Positions 56,141-64,000 of a stretch of DNA of 64,000 bases are shown here, piece by piece. Where the stretch lies: positions 1 to 64,000 of the forward strand of contig JBGSZS010000007.1 of assembly GCA_041750285.1 (NCBI GenBank), given 5' to 3'. The notes beneath the pieces are model-generated. The model searched no databases. It worked only from the letters and a program-made list of their open reading frames with translations, and was not told the DNA's origin. The stretch is from Candidatus Fermentibacteraceae bacterium. Lineage in GTDB: Bacteria > Fermentibacterota > Fermentibacteria > Fermentibacterales > JCC-6. Every line of letters starts with the position of its first letter. Position 1 is the first letter of the stretch. The translations under genes and the position numbers were made by a program.

Positions 56141-56803
56141 ATGAAGTTTGTCGCTATGCTCTCCCTTGTGCTCGCGGGATTTGCATTCGCCAACACCGAT
56201 CTCGGCCATATCAACGCCGAGACCATCGTCCCGGAGATCGCGGGCGAAGACGTGATCTGCTCCCAGGTGTTCGTTTACGCCAACCTCACCAACGGCCTTG
56301 GCTTCAGCTCTCCCAACAGCTGGATGATCGCCGATGACTTCACCTACGCCATGGGCGGATACATCGACTTCATCCAGATCTGGGCGATCTATGCCAGCAG
56401 CAACGCCACCGGCTTCAACATCCAGCTTCGTGCCGACGGCGGCGCCGGCCCGGGCAGCATCGTCAGCAGCCACACCTCCACCGCCTGCACCCACGCCAAC
56501 ACCGGTTACACCCAGTGGGGCTACCCTCTGTGGTACACCGAGATCACCACTCCCGACATCACCTTCACCGCCGGCACGAAGTACTGGATCGCCATGCAGA
56601 CCACCGGTGGCGCTGGCGCCCATTACTGGCTCGCCGCCAACCAGGCCTGGGCCGACATGACCTACTTCAGCGCCAACAACGGCAGCAGCTGGAACAGCAG
56701 CCAGGCCGAGTGGGGAACCGCCTACGAGCAGTTCATGATCCTCAGTGGTGAAGTCAGTGCTCTTACCCGTGACTCCTGGGGCTCGATCAAGTCCCTGTTC
56801 TAG
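56141..56803 (+). CDS. Secreted beta-rich protein ending in the motif 'SALTRDSWGSIKSLF'
   Basis: Signal peptide; 'IADDF', 'GTKYWIA'; strongly C-ending codon usage; own RBS and terminator. Confidence 0.85.
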   Translation: MKFVAMLSLVLAGFAFANTDLGHINAETIVPEIAGEDVICSQVFVYANLTNGLGFSSPNSWMIADDFTYAMGGYIDFIQIWAIYASSNATGFNIQLRADGGAGPGSIVSSHTSTACTHANTGYTQWGYPLWYTEITTPDITFTAGTKYWIAMQTTGGAGAHYWLAANQAWADMTYFSANNGSSWNSSQAEWGTAYEQFMILSGEVSALTRDSWGSIKSLF

Positions 56804-56826
56804 ACCTTTCTGAACGGGTTCGATTC

Positions 56827-56856
56827 GGGGGAGGCTTCGGCCTCCCCCCTTTCTTT
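56827..56856 (+). terminator. Intrinsic terminator with cUUCGg tetraloop
   Basis: GGGGGAGGC-TTCG-GCCTCCCCC followed by CTTTCTTT. Confidence 0.85.
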
Positions 56857-56858
56857 GT

Positions 56859-57866
56859 ATGCAAACCGGAAACGGAAGGTTCTCAGTGTCTGCCTGGCTT
56901 TTCCTTGTGGGTATACTGGTTCCCGGCCCCGGCATTGATGAATGCATGGAATTCCTTCTCGAAAGGTCGCCGGGGTCAGACTCCCGGGAACCGGGTTGTT
57001 CGGTGCTGCTCGAGAACACTGAGCTTGCTCTCCTGACCAGGGAGCTTCTTCCCTGGGGAAGCGATATCCCGGACAGCATTTTCCTGAGGTACGTGCTTCC
57101 GGCGCGCGTGAGCCAGGAGCCGCTCACCCGATGGAGGCCCGTCTTCATGCAGCACGTGCTGCCATTGGTGCGGGGCGTCACCGACATCGAGGAGGCAGTG
57201 CTCATCGTCTCCGCATGGAGTGATTCCCTGACGGAATACCGCCCCACGCAGCTCAGGGATCAGTCGCCCCTCGTCACCTGGAGTTCCGGTATCGGCAGGT
57301 GCGAAGAACTCACCGTCTTTTTCATGGATGCCCTTCGAAGCGTCGGGATCCCGTGCAGGCAGGCCTATACGCCCTGGTGGCCGACCGTTGACGGCAACCA
57401 TGCATGGCCCGAGGTCTGGACGCCCGGAGGATGGAAGTGTCTGGAACGTGTCAGCACTGAAGGCAGGCTTCCCCAGGAGAACTGGTTCACGGAAAGGGCT
57501 TCGGAGTCTGCCCTGATCCTGGCCATGGTGTGCGATTCGGTTGAAGGTGCGGTCAGGTACAGCTCCGGTGTCTCCTTCCTGCCCGTGACTTCCTCCTACG
57601 CCCGGACGGGTCTGCTGGAGATCGTCGACGACTCGATGGAAGTGTGGGTGAGTGTGTTCAACTACGGAGCCCCAAGGCGCATTCTCAACATTTCCCCTCC
57701 CCTGAGGGAAGTTGAACTTGGAGCGGGTTCCTATCTGCTGACATGGGGATGGCCGGTGCGAACATCCCTCGTTGAGATCTCGCCGGGAGATACGACGATC
57801 TTCCTCCCCGCTGGGGCGGAAGACCCGGCGGCGGAGGCTGTCATGGGAATGGCGGTGGATGAATGA
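56859..57866 (+). CDS. Transglutaminase-like domain protein (Cys and His retained)
   Basis: 'YVLPARVSQEPL..WR', 'GRCEE', 'ALRSVGIPCR', 'NHAWPEV'. Confidence 0.8.
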   Translation: MQTGNGRFSVSAWLFLVGILVPGPGIDECMEFLLERSPGSDSREPGCSVLLENTELALLTRELLPWGSDIPDSIFLRYVLPARVSQEPLTRWRPVFMQHVLPLVRGVTDIEEAVLIVSAWSDSLTEYRPTQLRDQSPLVTWSSGIGRCEELTVFFMDALRSVGIPCRQAYTPWWPTVDGNHAWPEVWTPGGWKCLERVSTEGRLPQENWFTERASESALILAMVCDSVEGAVRYSSGVSFLPVTSSYARTGLLEIVDDSMEVWVSVFNYGAPRRILNISPPLREVELGAGSYLLTWGWPVRTSLVEISPGDTTIFLPAGAEDPAAEAVMGMAVDE

Positions 57867-58864
57867 CCGTGATCATTTGCCTGCTCGGCATGGCCGGAGT
57901 TCTGACTCCCGCAGAGAGGGACAGCCTGCTCGAAGACACCCCCGGCAATACGGCCGTTTGGAGCGAGGCCTTCGACACCCTGACCGGAGACGGGTTGTGG
58001 TGCGGCGAATACCTTTTCGGGAACATTCCCAGGCTGGACAGGCTTGAAATGACAACCGAAACCCTGAACGACCACATAAGGGGAGCCCTCGACCGGAGGA
58101 GCGAATCCGAGGCAGACCTTCCGGACAGCATCTTCCTGACATGCGTTCTGGAGTACAGGGTAGACCAGGAACCGGTGAGCGCGTATCGCGCGTCCCTGCG
58201 GGAGTATTGGATGACCCATCTTTCCGGTGTGGTCTCCGGTCCCCGCGAAACTGCCCGGACGATGGTGAACATTATTGAAGAGGAGATTGAGATCAGGGAG
58301 CAGGGTTATCTTGGAGGAGTCGAACCTCCGCTGCTCGCTCTTTCCACGGGAAACGCAACCCCTGTCGAGTGTACGGTTGTCCTGTGCGCAAGCCTCAGAT
58401 CAATGGGTGTTCCCGCAAGGCAGATCGTGGGCTGGTTCGGCGGAGAAGAGGGCGGAACGCGCAGATGGGTCGAAGTCTACTCATGTGAGTCGGGATGGAT
58501 TCCACTTTCACTTCCATGGGAACCTGTTCCCGATGGTTTTGAAGGTCTTGCGCTTGCGGTCTGGGAAACAACGGGCGAATCCGTTACTTCGAGCCTCACG
58601 GATACGGGGAGGATGATAGTGGTCCCCGCGGAAGAGCCGCCCCCGGGTGAGTGGACAGGCACGGTGAGCATTCCGGTGAAAGGCGGCTTCACTCCGCTTG
58701 ACTGGGCATGGTTCGACCCAGCGGGACCGGACACCATCGAACTGGGCGCGGGAGATTACCTTTTATGCGTGAGTTCCCGGACCGGGGACGGGCAGCTCCG
58801 CATACTCGCCCGTGAAGTGACCCTGGAAGCACACGGAGAGCACCTGCTTCAATTGTTTCCCTGA
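57863..58864 (+). CDS. Second transglutaminase-like domain protein (catalytic His apparently lost)
   Basis: 'VLEYRVDQEP', 'SLRSMGVPAR', 'RRWVEV'; signal-like N-terminus; ATGA overlap. Confidence 0.7.
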   Translation: MTVIICLLGMAGVLTPAERDSLLEDTPGNTAVWSEAFDTLTGDGLWCGEYLFGNIPRLDRLEMTTETLNDHIRGALDRRSESEADLPDSIFLTCVLEYRVDQEPVSAYRASLREYWMTHLSGVVSGPRETARTMVNIIEEEIEIREQGYLGGVEPPLLALSTGNATPVECTVVLCASLRSMGVPARQIVGWFGGEEGGTRRWVEVYSCESGWIPLSLPWEPVPDGFEGLALAVWETTGESVTSSLTDTGRMIVVPAEEPPPGEWTGTVSIPVKGGFTPLDWAWFDPAGPDTIELGAGDYLLCVSSRTGDGQLRILAREVTLEAHGEHLLQLFP

Positions 58865-59199
58865 GCCCTCTCTGCGTCGAGGCGTTCCCTTGCGTCGGGG
58901 CAGTTGTTCAGGATGAAACCGAGGTGTTCGCAGGGGTAATCGGTGCAGACTCCGCAGGACCCCATTTCGCGCCCGATGGCACACTTGCGTATGGGACAGC
59001 CCGAGCTGCACCAGGAGAACAGGATGCCGGTGCTTCTGCAGCCCGTGCAGTTTACGTCAGCCGCGCTTATGCAGGCCTCGTAGGCTTTGGACCATTCGAC
59101 GGCGGTTTTCTCGCGAAGAGCCTGGTCGTCAGTCCTGTGTGCGATGAATGCCGGGCAGCCCCGGCAGTCAAGTCCGCAGAAGGCAATTGTGTTCATCAT
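58849..59199 (-). CDS. DUF3795-like Cys-rich (Fe-S/Zn) protein
   Basis: 'AFCGLDCRGCP', 'CTGCR', 'C...C.IRKCA', 'CGVC.DYPC'. Confidence 0.8.
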   Translation of the reverse strand: MMNTIAFCGLDCRGCPAFIAHRTDDQALREKTAVEWSKAYEACISAADVNCTGCRSTGILFSWCSSGCPIRKCAIGREMGSCGVCTDYPCEHLGFILNNCPDARERLDAERAQGNN

Positions 59200-59220
59200 G
59201 GCCTTTCCGTTGGAGATGAA

Positions 59221-59251
59221 CATGTATACATATGTACACATGCGCTGTCAA
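59221..59251 (-). promoter_or_regulatory. Promoter (TTGACA, 17 bp, TATACA) overlapped by a 22-bp palindromic operator
   Basis: Minus-strand -35 at 59251-59246 and -10 at 59228-59223; CATGTATACATATGTACACATG (59221-59242) is palindromic except for one pair. Confidence 0.7.
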
Positions 59252-59304
59252 GTCGTGATGCGCGGAAAAGCTTCGGCTGTGATGGATGCCCGCCGTCTGA
59301 CGGA

Positions 59305-60168
59305 CTATTTCTCCAGAACGAACCTGAAGTAGATCTTTTCACCCCGGCGAAGGGCGCTGTTGTAGGAGCGGGTTCCCTGAAGCCCTGCGAATTCGTTGAA
59401 GAATCCCCTCAGAAAGCCGGGAACCTTTCTGTTTATCAGCTCCCGCTTGCGGCTGTCGTCGTCCTTCAGTGCCTTGAGAACGTTTGCGCTTATGTCGGTT
59501 TCGCCCTGAATGGAAAACCCGGTCTGGCTCATCTGATGCCTGAGAGTGTCCAACTGGCTTTCCTGGCAGTAGTCGGAGTAGAGGAAATGTCCGCCCGGTC
59601 TGAGAACCCGATGGACTTCCCGGAGAAAACCCGGGATTGACCCGTAGCAGTGGGAAGATTCTATGTTCACGACGGCGTCGAATGAAGCAGGCTCAAAAGG
59701 AAGGCGTTCAGCGTTTCCCTGCTGAAAGGTCAGGCTGGGAACGCTGTAGTGGCCCTTGCAGAAAGCGATCGCCCTGGGGGAGAAATCAAGCCCGGTCATA
59801 GATCTGGGTTTGAGATATCTGGCGATGAAGGATGCGCCGCCACCCCTTCCGCTTCCCACTTCCAGGACATCACTGTCCATCAGATCAACAGCGCCAGCTA
59901 CCTGATGGTAGAGCTGGATGCTGTACCTGTTGACCTCGTCGGTCTCCTCCAGCTTCACCGGGACGTGCGAAGCGTCAAGGGATGCCCAGCCGTAGTTCAT
60001 CAGCGTCATGTCGGCATCGCGGTCGATGCGTGACATCTGGTCGTACCACCGCCTGATGACCGGCTCCCGCGCCATCATCAGCAGTTTGTAAACCGAACTG
60101 AACACAGGTGTCGAGTAGCGGCGTCGCCAGGAGACCCGTGGAGTGTCAAGGGTGGCATCAAAGGACAT
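59305..60168 (-). CDS. Class I SAM methyltransferase (resembles fatty-acid/phthiotriol O-methyltransferases)
   Basis: 'MNYGW', 'RYSIQLYH', 'VLEVGSGRGGG', 'NIESSHCY'. Start uncertain. Confidence 0.8.
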   Translation of the reverse strand: MSFDATLDTPRVSWRRRYSTPVFSSVYKLLMMAREPVIRRWYDQMSRIDRDADMTLMNYGWASLDASHVPVKLEETDEVNRYSIQLYHQVAGAVDLMDSDVLEVGSGRGGGASFIARYLKPRSMTGLDFSPRAIAFCKGHYSVPSLTFQQGNAERLPFEPASFDAVVNIESSHCYGSIPGFLREVHRVLRPGGHFLYSDYCQESQLDTLRHQMSQTGFSIQGETDISANVLKALKDDDSRKRELINRKVPGFLRGFFNEFAGLQGTRSYNSALRRGEKIYFRFVLEK

Positions 60169-60282
60169 ATCGCACACTTTCACGGGCTGTTCGAGCCGCT
60201 GCGTCGGGGATTACGGGATCCATGCACCGGCATGAACCAGTTATGTAACTTGTTGTAATATAGGGAAAAACGTGTCAGGGTG

Positions 60283-62058
60283 TTACCCCGCCGTTTCCAC
60301 CCTGTTCCTGCCCTTGTTTTTACCCTTGTAAAGCGCCCTGTCCGCCACCCGCAGGGCCTCGTCTATGGGAACCCTGCCGCCCTCGCAGGCGCCGAAGGTC
60401 ATCGTCAGGTCGATCATGCTGCCCTTCCAGACGAACGGCCTGCCACAGATCAGCTCACGCAGCTTCTCGGCGACCCGTGCGCAGCCATCCGGATCCGTGT
60501 CGGGAAGGAGGATCAGAAACTCCTCGCCACCCCACCTGGAAGCCAGGTCCTGCTCACGAAGCGCCCTTCGAAGCCGGTTTGAGAGCTCGACCAGGATGAC
60601 GTCGCCGCACTCGTGGCCATACTTGTCGTTGCATGCCTTGAAATTGTCGATATCGCCAAGGATCAGACCGAAACCCCTGCCGTTCCTCGCGGACCGGGCC
60701 TGTTCTCCGGTCAGGCGCTCCACCATGGCCCGGCGATTCGCAAGCCCAGTGAGGTCATCGGTTCTGGAGAGTTCCTCGACCCTTTCGTAAGCTTTCGCAA
60801 GCTCGGCGTTCTTGCCGCTGAGTTCCCTGTTGACCCTTGTTCTCAGGCGTACACTGCGGTAGACCGACGACAGCGAAATCCCGGCGAGCACAAGCATCGC
60901 TGCCGCCCCGAATATCATTGTCCGCTGCACGGCCCTGTCACGGCGCAGACGCTCGATCTCCCTCTCCTTGGCTTCGGTTTCGTAACGAAGCCTTAGGACG
61001 TCGATCTGCCTCAACCTCTTTTCAGCCATGACCTCGTCATGAAGCCTCTGCTGCCGACAGATCACTGTGAATGCTTCACCGGGCTCGCCAAGAGCGTGCA
61101 AGAGCGCCGCCTTCTCCTGGAGGATGCCCGTTTGTGCCCCCCGGTCATTAAGCTCCTGGGCAAGAGCCTCGGCTCTGTTAGAGATGTCGAGTGCTTCAAG
61201 GTTCAACCCCTGCAGCCTTCTGAGCTCGACCTGCTTCATCAGGCTCGTGAGAATGCCCCTCTTCCTGCCCATTGCCGTCGATGTTTCGAGTGATCGCTGA
61301 AAGAGCCTGTCGGCCTCCTGCAGGTCGTCGTTCAGAAGACAGACCGATCCAAGGCTGTTCAGGACGATCGAGCACAGGTATTCATCGTTTCTCTCAGTGG
61401 CTTCCGACAGGACCTGTCTGTAGACCTCCCCGGCTTCGGTCAGCATGCCCTTCTCCTGAAGCACGTCGCCCATGTTGTGCAGGATTCCCGGTATCCCCTC
61501 GGAGAAACCCTCCTCCACGTAAACGGAGTGGGAGCGCCTGTAGTAGTCGAGTGCTCCGTTTCCGTCCCCGGAGGCCTTGAGAACATTGCCGATCGTTGCC
61601 AGAAGGTGACCGGTCTGCAGCCTCGCGGATGCCGTGTCCTCCCTTTCGGCGATCTGCTCGAAGACCCTCAGGGCGCGCAGATAGTAGCGAAGGGAATGGT
61701 CCAGATTGGTGACGAAATAGTGGACATCTCCGAGACGACGCAGGCAGCGGCCCTTCTGAAGGGCGTTTCCCTGGTTGTCGAAAAGGTCGAGCGCCATTGA
61801 GTAGTGTTCGAGAGCACTCTTGTAGTCGCCCGAAACACGTCCCGAATCACCCAGCCCGAAATGGGCCGCAGCTTCCTGTTCAATGTTCCCGGTCGCGCGG
61901 GAAACCTCGAGGGCTTCCCGGGAGAGCCTTGCGCAGTTTTCGGGGTCGCTCTCCGTGACAAGGGACGCCAGCCCGTTCAGAATTCCGGCACGCTGGTTCT
62001 CGTCAGCCTTTTCAAGCCGGGATTCAAGCTCTTGTGCGCATTCCGGTCTGCCGTGCAA
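60283..62058 (-). CDS. TPR-repeat diguanylate cyclase
   Basis: TPR array, TM helix, 'DDLTGLANRR', 'DIDNFK..ND.YGH..GD', I-site 'REQD', 'GGEEF'. Confidence 0.92.
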   Translation of the reverse strand: MHGRPECAQELESRLEKADENQRAGILNGLASLVTESDPENCARLSREALEVSRATGNIEQEAAAHFGLGDSGRVSGDYKSALEHYSMALDLFDNQGNALQKGRCLRRLGDVHYFVTNLDHSLRYYLRALRVFEQIAEREDTASARLQTGHLLATIGNVLKASGDGNGALDYYRRSHSVYVEEGFSEGIPGILHNMGDVLQEKGMLTEAGEVYRQVLSEATERNDEYLCSIVLNSLGSVCLLNDDLQEADRLFQRSLETSTAMGRKRGILTSLMKQVELRRLQGLNLEALDISNRAEALAQELNDRGAQTGILQEKAALLHALGEPGEAFTVICRQQRLHDEVMAEKRLRQIDVLRLRYETEAKEREIERLRRDRAVQRTMIFGAAAMLVLAGISLSSVYRSVRLRTRVNRELSGKNAELAKAYERVEELSRTDDLTGLANRRAMVERLTGEQARSARNGRGFGLILGDIDNFKACNDKYGHECGDVILVELSNRLRRALREQDLASRWGGEEFLILLPDTDPDGCARVAEKLRELICGRPFVWKGSMIDLTMTFGACEGGRVPIDEALRVADRALYKGKNKGRNRVETAG

Positions 62059-62077
62059 GGCCGCCTCCCGTTCCCGC

Positions 62078-62626
62078 TCAGAGCGTCAGATCAACGGACT
62101 TGACCCATCTGTGGTATGTGGTGAAGTCATCGGAGCCTTCGGGTCCGTAGCCCAGAAGGACCTTGTAGCTGCCGCCTGCGGTCAGCACTTTGTCGAACCT
62201 GTCACCGGAGTTCCGCGGGATGGTGAAAGTGATGACCGTCACACCGTCAGCCTCGGTTCCGGAGAGGCTTCTGAAGCTGCTTTCGCCGCCAAGGCTGGTG
62301 TCGGGGGCGTGGGAGGTGTTGCCCGTGCCGAAGTCGTCCCTGAGATAGACCTCTCCATCCTGCACGTATCCGATGTAGATGTCTGCGTCCTTCATCACCC
62401 GGGAAGGCTCGAACCCAACCGATACCCATCCCGTGGTGGGGGCGCTTATGCTTATCTCAAGGGAATCGGTTTCAAGCCTTATGGTCAGGGTGACTCCGTC
62501 TGCGGTATGGACGACGGGGGAGTCGGGAGCGTTCCGGGTGTCGTTTCCTGCTTCGGCGCCGCTCGTGCACGCCGGAACCAGAACGAGCGCCAGGGCTATC
62601 TGCAGACCTGCCATTTGTTTCTTCAT
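62078..62626 (-). CDS. DOMON-domain lipoprotein
   Basis: Lipobox-like 'VPAC'; 'TTGWVSVGF...MKDADIYIG', terminal 'YH'; GGAGG RBS. Confidence 0.8.
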   Translation of the reverse strand: MKKQMAGLQIALALVLVPACTSGAEAGNDTRNAPDSPVVHTADGVTLTIRLETDSLEISISAPTTGWVSVGFEPSRVMKDADIYIGYVQDGEVYLRDDFGTGNTSHAPDTSLGGESSFRSLSGTEADGVTVITFTIPRNSGDRFDKVLTAGGSYKVLLGYGPEGSDDFTTYHRWVKSVDLTL

Positions 62627-62716
62627 ACAGCCTCCCATCGTTTTCGTTTTGCACAGGCATAGACATAATGGGAATGTTTCGCATGAGATAACCAGGGTGA
62701 ATTGGAAGGGGAGACA

Positions 62717-62947
62717 ATGAACAGACAGAAAGCCCTTCGGGCGCTGAACCCGGTCATGCTCCTGGTTCTGCTCTACCAGGGGGTGACAGGCATCTTCAGG
62801 TTCAGCTTCTACGAACACTTCAAGCTGATGCATCCGATCTTCGGCCTCGTGCTCCTTCTGCTGGGGGTGTTGCATCTCATCCTGAACTGGCCGTGGGTCA
62901 GGTCGAACTACCTTTCCGGGAAGAAGAGGAGCAGACAGGCAGGGTAA
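62717..62947 (+). CDS. Small 2-TM His-containing membrane protein (DUF4405-like)
   Basis: 'TG', 'MHPIFG', 'LHLILNWPW'. Confidence 0.7.
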   Translation: MNRQKALRALNPVMLLVLLYQGVTGIFRFSFYEHFKLMHPIFGLVLLLLGVLHLILNWPWVRSNYLSGKKRSRQAG

Positions 62948-63072
62948 CCCTCATTTCCTGTTTTGAACACAGGCTCCGTCCGTCGGGAATTTCTGCCGAA
63001 CGGACCGCACTGGTGCATTGGTGCGACAATGCCCATAAATCCTTTTGGTCGATCCGCTGAAGGGGGAGTCGC

Positions 63073-64000
63073 ATGAGCCGTCTGTATGCAGGGGGACTTG
63101 GACGAAAGAGCGGGCAGGCACCCGGTACGCTTATCCATGTCGGGGATAAGCATGACTCGAAGGTGACCCTTGCCATTATGGACTACACCGCCGTGGATCT
63201 CACTGAGCTGAGATCCATGACACTCGAAGAAGCCCTTTCCTTCAGGGCTTCGAGCGCAGTTACCTGGCTGGATGTAGCGGGCCTTTCCGACACTTCGACG
63301 GTGGGGACCCTCTGCAGCCATTTCGGAGTTCACACCCTCGTTCAGGAGGATGTGCTCCACACGGCGCAGCGTCCCAAGGTTGACATCTACGAGGATCATG
63401 TCTTCATGGTGGTCAAGATGATCAGGTATGATGAAGAAAGCCGCGAGCTGGACATCGAACAGGTCAGCCTCGTTCTCGGAGATGGATTTGTGATAACGTT
63501 CCAGGAAAGGGAAGGGGATGTTTTCGATCCGGTCCGGCAGAGGATCCGCTCAGGGAAAGGAGCGGTTCGGACCCGGGGCGCCGATTACCTGGCCTACGCA
63601 CTGATGGACGCAGTGGTTGACAACTACTTCCTGGCGCTGGAGGAGATGGGGGAGGATATCGAGAAGATCGAGACTGCAGTCCTTGACCATCCGGACAACG
63701 ACGTGGTCTCATCGATCCACCGCCTGAAACGGGAACTGATACTCCTGAGAAGGGCGGTCTGGCCCCTGAGGGAAGGGTTCGGAACTCTCATGCGTGACTC
63801 CACCCCGCTGGTGAAGCCAGCCACCGTGCCCTTCATCAGGGACCTTCACGATCATGCGTTCCGGGTCATGGATACGGTCGAGACGTTCAGGGAGCTGGTT
63901 TCGGGTCTGCTTGACGTCTACCTCTCAAGCGTCAGCAACAGGATGAACCAGGTCATGAAGGTCCTGACGATAATCGCCACCATCTTCATCCCCCTTACGT
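63073..64000 (+). CDS. corA: Magnesium/cobalt transporter CorA (3' end beyond window; absent from the ORF track)
   Basis: Translated by hand from ATG 63073: 'PGTL', 'WLDV', 'HTLVQED', 'QRPK', 'EQVSL', 'TFQE', 'DYLAY', 'MNQVMKVLTIIATIFIPLT'. Confidence 0.92.
   Translation, partial: MSRLYAGGLGRKSGQAPGTLIHVGDKHDSKVTLAIMDYTAVDLTELRSMTLEEALSFRASSAVTWLDVAGLSDTSTVGTLCSHFGVHTLVQEDVLHTAQRPKVDIYEDHVFMVVKMIRYDEESRELDIEQVSLVLGDGFVITFQEREGDVFDPVRQRIRSGKGAVRTRGADYLAYALMDAVVDNYFLALEEMGEDIEKIETAVLDHPDNDVVSSIHRLKRELILLRRAVWPLREGFGTLMRDSTPLVKPATVPFIRDLHDHAFRVMDTVETFRELVSGLLDVYLSSVSNRMNQVMKVLTIIATIFIPLT

Noticed and set aside
56093..57247. 384-aa minus-strand ORF
   Set aside because: Antisense to a strongly codon-biased gene and the TGase gene; mirror-frame artefact.
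62948..63072. Mg2+ (M-box) riboswitch upstream of corA
   Set aside because: Only short hairpins; region is short and I could not recognise ykoK consensus motifs.

Overview
GC-rich, densely coding bacterial chromosomal segment, mostly housekeeping operons: rqcH/NFACT; yicC-gmk::coaB-udg-dnaB-radA-yacL-ispDF-dedA-glgA-tolC-fabD; thiD::NUDIX; tamA/bamA-tamB; wzi-rlmD-tgt-queA; PTS EIIA-guaB; carD-hflX; tldD-pmbA; lpdA-mazG; thiS; corA. These are interspersed with secreted proteins. A diderm envelope, T9SS/FlgD-like C-terminal domains, FG-GAP proteins and a C-terminal 'SWGSIKSLF' tail suggest an FCB-group candidate lineage such as Ca. Fermentibacteria (inference, not verified). No rRNA, tRNA, CRISPR array or transposase was seen. 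Most notable: (1) three copies of an AT-rich 133-154 bp nested-palindrome element (arm consensus GGGGACGGACTWAGAWARATTAGWTTGYYRGCGTAA), all at gene 3' ends and with compensated substitutions, resembling an undescribed REPIN/MITE-like or structured-RNA family; (2) a probably highly expressed secreted protein with a candidate C-terminal WGxIKxxF sorting motif, flanked by a foldase-like lipoprotein and two transglutaminase-like genes; (3) Gmk-CoaB and ThiD-NUDIX fusions; (4) two apparent pseudokinases. All product calls come from motif recognition by eye, without database searches. Several start codons are my best estimates.
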